Shown piece after piece: positions 1-11,096 of a stretch of 64,000 bases of DNA (the stretch's first letter is position 1; each line of letters begins with the position of its first letter). The notes beneath the pieces were generated by a model. That model had not been told where the DNA came from and did no database searches. It worked only from the letters and a program-made list of their open reading frames with translations. Both the position numbers and the translations under genes were made by a program. The stretch lies in assembly GCA_964188305.1 (NCBI GenBank), contig OZ076897.1. One strand, given 5' to 3'. The DNA comes from Podarcis bocagei. Its lineage: Eukaryota.

Positions 1-256
1 ACTATACGCATGTACAACTGAAGCTATCATTCCACGTTGGAAGCATGCAACTAGCAACTAGCAACCAACACTGACCACGCAGAATTGGAAGGAACCTTGA
101 CAGTCATGTAACACAGCCTGCTGCCACAGTGAAGCAGTGATTTCCTGGCTTTGGGGGAACCTTCACTAGACTTATACCTGGTTATACATAGTTGCATGCC
201 TCATCTTGTCATTGATTTAATCAGGAGTGGAAACTGACATTTACCCAATACAGCTA

Positions 257-440
257 TTTACCTTCCCACCGGAGCGGTACCTATTTATCTACTTGCACTT
301 TGAGGTGCTTTCGAACTGCTAGGTTGGCAGGAGCAGGGACGGAGCAACGGGAGCTCACCCCGTCGTGGGGATTCGAACTGCCAACTTTCAGATCGGCAAG
401 ACCTAGGCTCTGTGGTTTAGACCCAGCACCACCCGCGTCC
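257..440 (-). mobile_element. Sauria-type SINE, tRNA-derived 5' half (3'-truncated)
   Basis: The reverse complement starts GGACGCGGGTGGTGCTGGGTCTAAACC, has a B-box-like GTTCGAATCCCC and the body GCAGTTCGAAAGCAC...AAGTGCAAGTAGATAAATAGGTACCGCT. Same sequence as the full copy at 46934-47303. Confidence 0.88.
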
Positions 441-445
441 TTACC

Positions 446-875
446 TGTAATGAATATAGGGGTTGCTCGTGCGTAAGTTGCCACCACTCCTGGCTATGTT
501 GCCTTGTTAAACCTTTTCTGTCTGGACAGCCCTTCACTTCGTGGCTGCCTCAGTCGCTAGCAGAATCCGTCAGTGGGCGTTTCTTAAACCTTTTCCAGCA
601 TAAAAGCTGTTTGACGCCAAGTCTCCTCCTACTCTCCCTGCGCGGAAGTCTTCTGCGCAGGGAGGGTGTGGGTAGCGGAGGACCCATGCTCTCCCCGCTG
701 GTGTCCAGTGAAGAGTCCTGTAGCCCTCTCGCAGATTCCCCCATCTGCCCCCCTTTATCCCTGGTGTTGAGCTGATTTCCTTCCCCCGCTGAGCTACCTC
801 TCCCTGCTGGGTCCCTCTCCAGCATCACTTGAGAGCCTTCCCTCCGCCTCTGGCTCCGATGTCAGTTCCCTGACA
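446..875 (-). mobile_element. Solo LTR (Gypsy-like, family A) containing a coding frame
   Basis: Minus strand runs TGTCAGGGAACTG...TTCATTACA with a perfect 5-bp TSD TTACC (441-445, 876-880). Homologous at both ends to 23392-23874. Confidence 0.85.
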
Positions 876-994
876 TTACCCATTACAGTACCCTTCCATT
901 ATAAGCATTAAATGTGAAAGGGAAGTCATAAAGCAGGACTCCACTTCTAGAAGCGGGAGTTTGGCCTGTGTCCATTGGCTTTAATCCAGATTTG

Positions 995-1248
995 TTTGTT
1001 TGTTGCATTTATATGCTGCCCTTCCTCCAAGGAGCTCTGGGCATCATGCATGGCTTTACTCTGATTTTAGACTCCCAACATCCCTGCAGGGTAGGCAATG
1101 CTGAGAGATAGTTACTTGTCCAAAATCACCCAGTGAGCAAGGATCTGAAGCTTGGTTCAAGCCTGTTGGGCAAAAGATTCCTGCATTGCAGGGGGTTGGA
1201 CTAAATGACCCTTGGGGTCCCTTCCAACTCTATAATTCTATGATTCTA
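995..1248. mobile_element. Degraded SINE fragment followed by a CR1-type 3' tail
   Basis: 995-1140 resembles a minus-strand squamate SINE remnant. 1175-1248 is the CR1 3' terminus GGGGGTTGGACTAAATGACC...CCCTTCCAACTCTATAATTCTATGATTCT. Confidence 0.5.
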
Positions 1249-4200
1249 TCCACCACCTTGCACTGACTGTATGTGCACAGTAACAGTACTGTGACTATCA
1301 CAGTTTTCTGACTGTAAGTGCAGTTGCCACGCCAAGGAAACAGAGTCATGCAGAATCAAGTACATAATACTTGCCACATGCTTTCAACTGTTTCCGCATA
1401 CTCACTGCAGTATTCCGTGATACTTTCTATAGACTGGGCCATGGATCATTGTAACTGCTAATTGGGAGGAAAATAGATTGTACAAGCCATGCCAGCATAC
1501 ATAAAATTTATAAGCTGATATAGAATACCAAGTGAGGTGATTAAAGTAAATTAAATACTCCAGCAGCACAGTTATTGTGTTGTTTACTGCAAAGATGACA
1601 TATATTCAGGAGATATGGCATTGAAGGTTTAAAACAGAATAAAATGCCCACAGGTCTTGAAGAAGGATTTTGTTTGCTTATAGGCTTTATGAGTCCCAAA
1701 CATGATGCTTTGTTAACTTTTAGGGGTACTTATTACTGGCATCAAGAAAGAAGTAGAAGCAGAGTAACATAATACCTGTAAGGTTTCACTCCACTCCTGA
1801 CATCTCAAAGGCCAGGTTCCACAGATCCGCACACCATTAACTGCAGATGTGCAGACTATTTTCAGTCTTCCAGCCATAGCCACACTGGAACTCTTCATAC
1901 CCTTTCAGAGGCGTTGCCTGAGGTTTGAGTGGCTGTCACTGACTCTAGAGACTGGCATTGGTGTTAGACTGGCGTAATAGGTATATGTTATAGTTATGTG
2001 GAGGGGATGCGCTTAAAGTTAAAATAGTTCATAATAAAACATATAGTAACTCAACCTTTCCTTGTTCTGAATAGTTCTTGTCCAGAGAGTCATTAAGAAA
2101 ACGAAAACCAAATAAAGTGCTCAAACACATAGCATGTTATTTGAATGACTAATATATAAAAGACCGTGTAGCTAGGAAGGGAGCACACAAATTATTCCCT
2201 TTCAACAGAATGAAACATAAATAAACCTTGATAACTGTTGGCTCATGGATGATCAGCAGTTGCATAGGGCTATTCAGGATTTTTAAGGGAACTGTAGATG
2301 TTTATGATGCTTGCTTTTGAAAGCTATGATAGGAGCCCCACAGTATCCTGTCTGTTACTTTTTCAATGTTCCAGTCAGATCTGGAATCACATTCAATGGC
2401 AAGAAAAGCTTAATGGAAAAGATTTGCCATTAAGTGAAGAATCGAGGCATAATTGGGACAATTAAGGTGCCAAAAAAAGCCCTGAGCAATTACTGAATTG
2501 CTCACTTTTGCATTTCCTTACTACATGGGGCATTTTGATGATCTTAATCTTAAACCTTACTTTAGCATTAACACCAATGTTGAAATCCTGTTTTTTGGAG
2601 TTTCAGAACTTAATAATAAGAGAACACACTATGCTAGGAAGTTCTGTCTTGCCATAGAATATTTCTGCCAGTTTCCTGTCCTGAAATTATGATGTTAGTT
2701 GCCTGGAAAAGCCAAAAAAATGCTAAAAAGAACAAACTACAATGCTTATGTTGTAGTCTTAACACCCAGAGAGGGCCATAGGTTCCCCATCCCTGGTCAG
2801 CTACTGTACATTGAAACATATATTCCCAGCTTAAAATTCCAGCCCAGCTAAAGGTCTGTGTCTTCTGCATGGAAAGTTCTCCAGAGGAACGAGCAAGTCA
2901 GGCTGGCTTTGCAGTCCCTCTTCTGAAGAAGTGAAGTGAAGAATAAGACTTGCCTGGTTTAAAGCAGGAGGTTACACACTTCTTTCCATTTTATATTTCC
3001 GAAAAGGAGGCAAAAAGATGAAGGTGGTTTGGAGCACTGGCGTAGGGTGGGAGGGCACATGGACCATGCCCCACCCTGCATGCGAGCTCTTTTCCATTAG
3101 CAGCAGGGGCTGGGGAGTGTGGAGGGTCTCTTCACCCTCCACTCCTCTGCTCGGCGCACCAGTGCTCACCCGTTGGTAGCAGGGGCTGGGGAGCGGGGAG
3201 GGGGAAGAGCACCCTCTGCCCCCGCTCTGTGAGCCCCCACCTGGCAGCGTCAGTGGCGAGGGCTGGACAAGTGTGCTCCGCACCTGGCGCTGATGAACAG
3301 CCACTGGTTTGGAGACACTTAAAAAAAAAAAATTGCCGAAATCTACACTCCCAACATTTCCCCTGACATTCCAGTGATTTCCACCCAGACACTGTTTCCG
3401 AAGGCCGAATCCCAGCTATGTCTGGGAAATTCTGGACATATGGCAGCCCTAATTTTATGTATTGTGACTTGCTGTTATTTTTATCGATTATAGTTTGGTT
3501 TAGTAATTCCTTATTGTAATTGCTGAGAGTGGCTTTCAGTTCACTTGCTATTCTGAGAGGTAATTTTATTATGCCCTATTATATTCTAATCAATTATTGA
3601 CCATTACTTTATTTGGTATAAGATATTTATTTTAAAGTCATATTTTCATTATGACTTTTTTGGATTGGATTGTTCTAAGATGTGTGATATTTGTTGTGTA
3701 TTTTGTTGTTCCTTCAGCTTGCAAACCACCTTGTGAATAGCAATATAGAAACGTGGTATACAGATTAAAAGTGAAAATGAATTAAAATATTGTGAGGTTC
3801 AGATTTAATGCCCCTGGCCTGGTGTCACAAGAGCAGGCTCTGAGATTGAGGTTGGGTGTGCATGCAGTGGGAGCCACTGAGACCGGCAGAGCCATGCTTT
3901 GTTTGCTGAGCATGGCACAGCTTCTGGACTTGGCAGCAGTGCATTAAGGGCTCATACATTACATTTCAGTCTCCAGGATAACTGCTGCCTTTCAATCTCT
4001 AGGTAGCTGTAAGCCTTTCTGTGAGCAGAAATGTAAGTCACTGCAGGTTAACATTCACCAGAATACACATGCAACTTCAAATTCAATTCCAAATGTTCCA
4101 TGGCAACAAAATAATATTTTCCAAAACGTGTTGAAAAACTACCTTTCTGCAAGTGCACGGTGTGGGGTGGGAGAAAATAGGAATAACTACTCTAGATTTT

Positions 4201-4807
4201 CCTATTCATGTAATCAGTGATGCTTCCTGTGCTATACATATGTGGGGGCGACTCTTATCTAGTTTCTTTCAACCCTGGAAACCCAGCATGGAGAATAATC
4301 TCTGCAGACTATGCTGCTCATCCATGGCAGAATTATAGGAGAGCTGTCTCCTATAACTGGATGGATTCTTTCTTTCCCTAACCATTGCTGATGAATACAC
4401 AAACATGCCTAGATGCCATGAATTATAAAAGAGGCGGAAAATCAGCCCATTAATAAGATTCTGAGTGACTTTGTAGCAGAAGAAGTACCAAAGTTGTGAA
4501 ATGAATTGTGATACGTGCTATAATTTTCACTCATTTAGTATCTTCAAGGATAAATGTTACATATCTGTGCATCAGTCGGGCTGATCTCAGTCCAGTAACT
4601 ACAAATTATTGTAGTCCAAGACATTAGTTTCTTAGACGGGAAGATTGGAAATTTCAATCCATTTTATTGATGTTAACTTTGGGAAAGGACACCACTGTTT
4701 CAGTCTTGCTCCCCCCCCCCCCCCGAATGCTCTCTTTTTTAAATTAAAGAAATAAAGTGTGAGAAGGTTAATAAAAAATATCTAACTAAGTATTACTTCT
4801 TTCTCAG

Positions 4808-4880
4808 CTTTTTGCCTGATTACATCAGTGGGGACTTTGATTCTATTATGCCTGAAGTAAAGGAGTATTATACAGTCAAG
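4808..4880 (+). CDS. TPK1: Thiamine pyrophosphokinase 1, internal coding exon (73 nt): (S)[24 protein letters not shown]
   Basis: Polypyrimidine tract and AG acceptor (ttctttctcag|) with a GTAAGT donor. The peptide matches vertebrate TPK1 [24 protein letters not shown], including the GDFDS motif. Confidence 0.96.
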
Positions 4881-5299
4881 GTAAGTTTTTTTAAAATTAA
4901 AATTTCCTAGAAATCATCTTTAACACTCATTTTGCTGCTCTATCGCCTGACACGCTTGGGAAATACTTCCCCCTGTAGCAAACTGTTCTAAATAAGGAAC
5001 CCTGGGTTACTGGGTCTCAGGCAGAAGCAAATCAGTGTATTTCTGATATATATCACTTTCTTGTGATCCATAACACCATTCTATCCTTTTTCTTAATCTG
5101 TGAACTTAAAAAAAAAAAACACCTTACAAAAATCACATCTTAAATATGTATTTTCTCTCAAAACACATGCTTCAAAACATATATTGATAGGCCTTTTTTT
5201 GATCCAAGAACTGTGTTGGAATGTTTGGGAAGTAAGAATCTCAGAGCAGATCAGTTTGTGTTAGAATTCACAGTATCAAATTCCTGAAGCATCCCTAGT

Positions 5300-5531
5300 C
5301 AGGGCCGGCCCTACGATGAGGCAAAGTTAGCCATCTGCCTCAAGTGAAGGATGCTGAGGTATTGGGAGTGACCAGAGCTATGAGTGCCATGTGGCCCCTA
5401 TGTGAGTCTGTCCTTTCACCAGTATTGGAATAAGATTCAACTACTAGTCCTGTTGGCTTCTGTATGTGCCCCAGGGGAGGGCACCATCTTGTCCTTCGCC
5501 TCAGGCAGCAAAATGTCTTGAGCTAGTCCTG
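5300..5531. mobile_element. Non-autonomous DNA transposon (MITE, hAT-like)
   Basis: Imperfect TIRs CAGGGCCGGCCC ... GAGCTAGTCCTG and an internal GCCTCAGGCAGCAAAA motif also seen near 41335. Confidence 0.5.
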
Positions 5532-6144
5532 TCGCTGGTCAAGTGTTCCTCAGTGAGCATACTGCAGATGACAGACCAGCATCCCTTGAAGCAGTGTTTC
5601 CCAACCTTTTGCGACCTTGGCCCCCTTCCCATCTTGTTTCCTTCCTGTGCTCTCCACCCTCCCCCCCCCCACCAGCAGAAAGGTAGCTATTTAAATGTTT
5701 TGTTTGTAAATAGAACATGTTTGTTTAGAATTTTATAATATATACAAAATACAATTACATAAAATGATAAGAACATGATGAAATATTGTTGAAGCGGAAA
5801 AACAGATCTGGAAGGGACCCCGGGGTCATCCTTCTAGTGCAACCCCCTCAACGTAGGAAACTCTGCTGAAGCATCCATGGCAGATGGCCTTCCAACCCAG
5901 TAGCGTAGCCGGGGGCAGTGGGCGCCCCCGGTGGCACTTATCTTGGGGGTGGCACATCAGAGCCCCAGGCAAACAAGCAGGTCCCCTTGCCCAGCCCTTC
6001 CCATTGCCACCCCACCTCACACTTACCTGACCTGGGGGTTCTGGATCTCGGGCTCTACAGGTCAAAACAGGAGCCTCTGCAGTCGCCCGCTCCCCCCAGA
6101 AACAAACCAGACTCTTGGCAGAGTTGGAGTTCCAACAGATATCG

Positions 6145-6282
6145 CAGCCTTTCTCAACCTGTAGGTCCCCAGATGTTGTTGAACTACAACTCCCATCACC
6201 CCTAGCTAGCAAGGCCAGAGCTCAGGGATGATGGGAGTTGTAGTCCAACAACATCTGGGGACCCACAGATTGAGAACCGCTG
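6145..6282. mobile_element. hAT-type MITE (same family as 34655-34791)
   Basis: TIRs CAGCCTTTCTCAACCTGT / ACAGATTGAGAACCGCTG with a palindromic interior (GAACTACAACTCCCATCA ... TGATGGGAGTTGTAGTCC). Confidence 0.8.
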
Positions 6283-8010
6283 AGAAATTGGGATGTTGAA
6301 GTCTCCCATGACTACTATATCTCTCCTTTTTGAATGTTTGGTAATCTGCTTTTTGAAGTCATAATCCAGTTTTCAGGCAGTCATCCTGACATCCACAGTA
6401 GGGTCACTGTTGTTTCTCTCTCCTACAATTTTTACCCATATTCCCTCAATCTGCTTTCCGTGCTCCAGGTCATGGATTTCTTCACAAGTGTAGACGTTCT
6501 TTACATATAATGCTGCTCCTTCTCTCTTCCTGTTTGGTCTATTCCTTTTGAACAGGTTATCCCCCTCAATTCCTACATTCCACTCATGAGTCTTATCCTA
6601 CCAGGTTTCAGTAATGCCTACCTGTACTAAAAGCTCCAATTCATCTTGCTTGTTTCCCATACTTTGTGCATTTGTGTAGAGACAACTGAAACCCTGAGTC
6701 ACTCCCTCCAGCTGCCTTCTTCTTGTGATATCTTGCCCTAAAGCAGGTTTCAGGAGCACCACCTCAGTTTCCTGTGCATCAATGAAGCTATTATCCCCAG
6801 TACCATGAGTTCCTCTGTCCCTCCCCCTGAAGTTTAAAGCTCTCTTGAAGTGGAGACCTTGATTCAAGAAGCCAAACCCTTCCTGAAAACACCACCTGCA
6901 CAGCCAGTGGTTTACCTCCAGTATTTTCCTCTCTCTTCCTGGACCACGACTTTCAACAGGAAGGAGTGATGAAAAGACTACCTGTGCCCCAAGTCTCTTC
7001 AGCTCCCTGCCCAGAGTCTCATAATCCTTGAAGCCTGGTATTATTTGTACCGACATGAGTCAGAAGGAAGGGGTAGTGATCAGTGGGTTTTTTATGACTT
7101 GGGAACTTCTCAGTCACATCATGAATCTTTGCACCTGGAAGATAGCACACCTCCCAGGACATCCTGTTTCCTCCTCACACTACTGCCTCTGTCCCCCACA
7201 CATCTCTTCCTCCTCTGTGGAGTGGCAAGAATCGTTCTGTACATTTCCAAAGCCTGCTTGGAGTGTTCTAAGGTCTGCTACTGCTGTTCTTGAGTTTTCC
7301 CCTTCTGTCTGTTGGAGCTTATCTGAATATTATTAGAATAGGTTACAAGGGGTGGAACCTTATGGTTTGTGTACTTCCTACTCGTCCCTCTCAGCTTGCC
7401 TTCTCTACACTGCAATGCCATTTCTCTGATGTCTCCATGGAAGGTAGCAAGTGGGTTATCAACATCCTCATCTACCATCAGTAGCCTAGGATCTGAAGGA
7501 CTTAGGTCAAGAATGGAAAAAGACTCCTCCAAGTCCATCCCCTCCTGTCTCTTTCACCTCTGGGGCATGGCAGGAATTCTGCACACTGTACCTTTCACAG
7601 CCACCTTGGTGTATTTTGAGGTTGGCAACTGCTGCCTAGCTTTTCTGGACACCATAATCTGTGTCCAATGTGAGAGCATGGAAGCAATTTTGCAACTCTA
7701 AAGACAAAGTGTGGTTTGTGACTGTCCCACTTCTGTGTGTCACATTCCTCCAGAGGTTTCATCTCCTTGCACTGGGTGATCTTCCTGCTCCCTAGGGGCA
7801 CCCAATCTGTGTTGCTGTACCATCACAGTCCACTCAGCTCTGTTGAGAAACTGCATGTTGTCCTATAGCTGGAGGTATGGCTAGGCGGGCCTCAAGTTCT
7901 GTACCTTCTCTTCCGGCAAGACAACCAGTTTGCACTCGCTACAAGTGTACCGCTGCATGTTTTCCGGCAGAATGACAAACATGGCACAGGTGGCACAGGT
8001 CACTGCAGGG
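6283..8010 (-). mobile_element. CR1 LINE 5' part: degraded ORF1 (Cys finger, esterase domain) and start of ORF2 endonuclease
   Basis: Minus-strand peptides VTCATCAMFV...YTCSECKLV (ORF1 finger), DYETLGRELKRLGAQVVFSSLLPV...VNHWLCRWCFQEGFGF (CR1 ORF1 SGNH esterase) and CLYTNAQSMGNKQDELELLV...GITETW (APE endonuclease N-terminus). Contains stops and frameshifts. Confidence 0.85.
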
Positions 8011-8635
8011 TAATCCAAGTAAATTCACTTATAAAAACATGATAACTTGCCGGAAAATGTAATATTCCAAAGATACTTTCACTGTGTTTACAGTCTGAAG
8101 GGAATAGGCACCAGAAGTATCAAACCTACTGTGTCATTAATAAATACATTAACACTACAGATAGCTGTGTCATTAATCTTTCTCTTTTGAAGGCCCCCAA
8201 AGATACTCGGTAGAAATAGGCTTTCAGTGAATCTTTATGTCAACTTGCTTTTTATTCAAATGTCAGCAAGTTTACATGAAGATTATATAGCAGCTACTAT
8301 TAGTCCTTTGACAGAGTATCAATCATTTGGCAAATGGTATAGAGGGCAAATGGTGTACACTTTATTTTTCTTGATTTCTGCTTATCTTTTCTGGTTATTA
8401 TGTGAAGAAACAGACTGAGAGTGTAAAGCTGCTCAACTATGAAGTTTTATGGGATACTAATTACTGTTGAGTGACTTTCAATGGAATGTACAGTGGAAGT
8501 ATGGAGTTTTTTCTGGAACAGAAACATGCCTTTTCACATATTGAAGAAAGTCTGTGGTGGCCTTCAATTTAATAAATTAAATTTGCTATAATTTACAGGG
8601 AAATATCACCTATAACATTTTCTTTTTAAATTTCC

Positions 8636-8717
8636 TGTTGTTGTTGTTGTTGTTGTTTAGTCATTTAGTCGTGTCCCCATGGACCCCATGGACCAGAGCA
8701 TGCCAGGCACTTCTGTC
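8636..8717 (-). mobile_element. BovB 3' tail fragment
   Basis: (TTG)n followed by TTTAGTCATTTAGTCGTGTCC...CCCCATGGACCAGAGCATGCCAGGCAC, matching the tail of the copy at 28300. Confidence 0.75.
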
Positions 8718-10277
8718 AATACCATATTAAGACAGAGCTTCACAGATTCTAGCTAGGGTTTTTAAAAATGACCATTATTTCCTAGTACCCAGAAGTAACA
8801 CCCCACCATGAATATATCTACACTTAGCAAAATGCAATAAATTATTTTCATCAGGTTAAGAAATAGATAAAGTGAGTTTTTTATTTTTTAAAAAATGATG
8901 TAATTACTTAACTTTCAAAATTTTCATCCTTTTTTACATCAGAAACAAAATGTTTATAAAAAGTTGAAATGCTATATGTAGCATTTAAAGTTGCTGATTT
9001 TAAAGCCAAAAAAGTGAGAATGTATGGATCTCAGCAAATGATGCTGCAGCAAAACCCTCTAATTACTTGTTTCCCATTCAGCCTTAGGGGAGAAGTCACA
9101 CCTTCCCTTTAGCACACAAAGGACTGATAAGTGCTGTCTGGCAAAGACATGGTGAAATCAAGAAGTAATTATCAGTGCTATAGATATCTCCCCAACTTCC
9201 AAAAGGTGTCAAACAATCTGCCTGACTGACAAGGCACAGCCAGCTCTCAGTCAGTACCCACCAGGCTCTCAACTCTTAAATGTGGACTATAGCTTTATCT
9301 CTCACAGTCCCTCATCCCACTGCTGCTTTACACATGAGGAGACCAGAAACATGTTTGTAAGTAGCTATAATAGGCTAGAACAAGGGTCCCCAAACTAAGG
9401 CCCGTGGGCCGGACAAGGTCTGAGGGACTCGTTTATCCAGCAAGCGGCAACACCCCCTGCCGCCACCTGCTCTTACCGGGGCTGCACTTCTGGGTCGGAG
9501 GAGCACCCGAAATAGCTTGTGCCCAGAATAATTCCTGGCCAGGATTTTGAATTTGATTCCACAGTTTAACACATAATGTAATATCCTGAAGCTTACCATT
9601 TTTACAAATTATTTTTGTCCAGACCTTTCTTCTTCCCCCCTCCCCTACAATAAAACCTTCTTTGTTGTTGTGGACCTAATGTTTTGTATATTCCTATTTT
9701 AGTTCCTTCATTTTCTTTTTAGATATCTAGATATTGCTAATGAATATGTTTTGTAGTGTATTGATGAAGAATTGGTATTTCATTCACTTCGGAGCAAATT
9801 CACATATTATTAGATAGTGTATCAATGTTGAGATCTATTCACATGTGTGTATTAAATTTCTCAGCTTGCAATATTTCTCATGTACACTTTGGCCCCTAAA
9901 GCAATTCTCCATCATGAAGGAAGACAAAAATAGAATTCAGTAGAATAAATAACAATATAGTTCCCTGTCCATCAAATATTATAATCTTCCAGTGCACAAG
10001 AATGTAATTTAAATACTTTCCCCCATTTTATATAGTTATCTAACTATCCAAAAAAGAAAGAAAAGAAGCAGGCATTTGTTTCTGCAGTTGGAACTAAAGG
10101 TAACTTCATTTTACATACAAAAATCTTCCAGAGCAGCTGTTCCAACTGAATTCAAAATAGTAGAATAAGAAAACAGGATGAGAGGATCTTTAAAAGTGTA
10201 GCATTCACATTTTATAATGTCAGCTCCTCCTGTTGCTACAAATGGGCTAAAAGCAGATGCTTGCATAAATGGTTATA

Positions 10278-10503
10278 CAGTGGTACCTCTGGTTGCAAAC
10301 GGGATCCGTTCCGGAGGCCCCTTCGCAACCTGCAAAGAATGCAACCCGCGGGTCGCGATTTACCGCGTCTGCACATGCTCATGATGTCCTTTTGCGTGTC
10401 TGTGCATGTGCGAGTGGCAAAATCCGGAAGTAACCCTTTCCGGTACTTCTGGGTCGCCACGGGACGCAACCTGAAAACGCGCAACCTGAAGTAAACTTAA
10501 CTG
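10278..10503. mobile_element. Tc1/mariner-pogo (Tigger-like) MITE
   Basis: TA|CAGTGGTACCTC ... CTG|TA termini; related to 37520-37772. Confidence 0.75.
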
Positions 10504-10563
10504 TATAACTGTTTCTCCTGCATGACAGAAGCACCCCGCAGGATGGGGGCTAAGCTTACAGCA

Positions 10564-11096
10564 TGTCACAGACTGGGTGGACGCAGAGGAATGGTGGGAG
10601 GAATCATCTGGGGAACTCCCAAGGGAAGAAGGCTCAGAGTCCAGGGCCTGGTGGTGGGATGAGGGAGAAGACTGGGAGAAGGAGGTGTCAGAAGCAGGAG
10701 GTGGCTTAGTGAGCTAGAAGAGCCTGTGACAGAGAGAAGTCCAGGAGGAGGAAGGCCAAGAGGCAAGAGGAGCCTGGCAGGTGAAGAGTCACAGGTACAG
10801 CGAGCTCCTCTCCCCACCTGGTCTCCCAGAACCTGGAGAGGAATGAAAAGGGCAGAGAGGAAGTTAGCTTCACGCAGGTGCAGTCTCAGATTGCTTAGGG
10901 AAAACCTTGGGGAGGAGGGGACTTGGGCAGCTGTGGGGACCTTCCTTCTCAGCAACTGTTTCGTGAGGGCAAGACCTGCCTCAGAAGAGTTGCTTGTGCT
11001 CGTTAGGCCTGACACTCCTCTGCGAGTCCTGTTTTTGCTAATAAAGAGTAAACTCCAAGTTGCTTGGTGTGATTTAGTGCTGTCTCGCTCCTTTCA
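10564..11096 (+). mobile_element. Solo LTR (family B) with internal coding-like frame
   Basis: TGTCACA...CTTTCA ends, 5-bp TSD CAGCA (10559-10563, 11097-11101), AATAAA at about 11040 and a purine-rich U3. Confidence 0.8.

Noticed and set aside
550-828. Arg-rich ORFs here and at 23420-23770 as a hepadnavirus core C-terminus or a protamine gene
   Set aside because: No SPRRR repeats or other viral ORFs nearby. Both lie wholly within TG...CA elements with 5-bp TSDs, so an LTR origin explains them.
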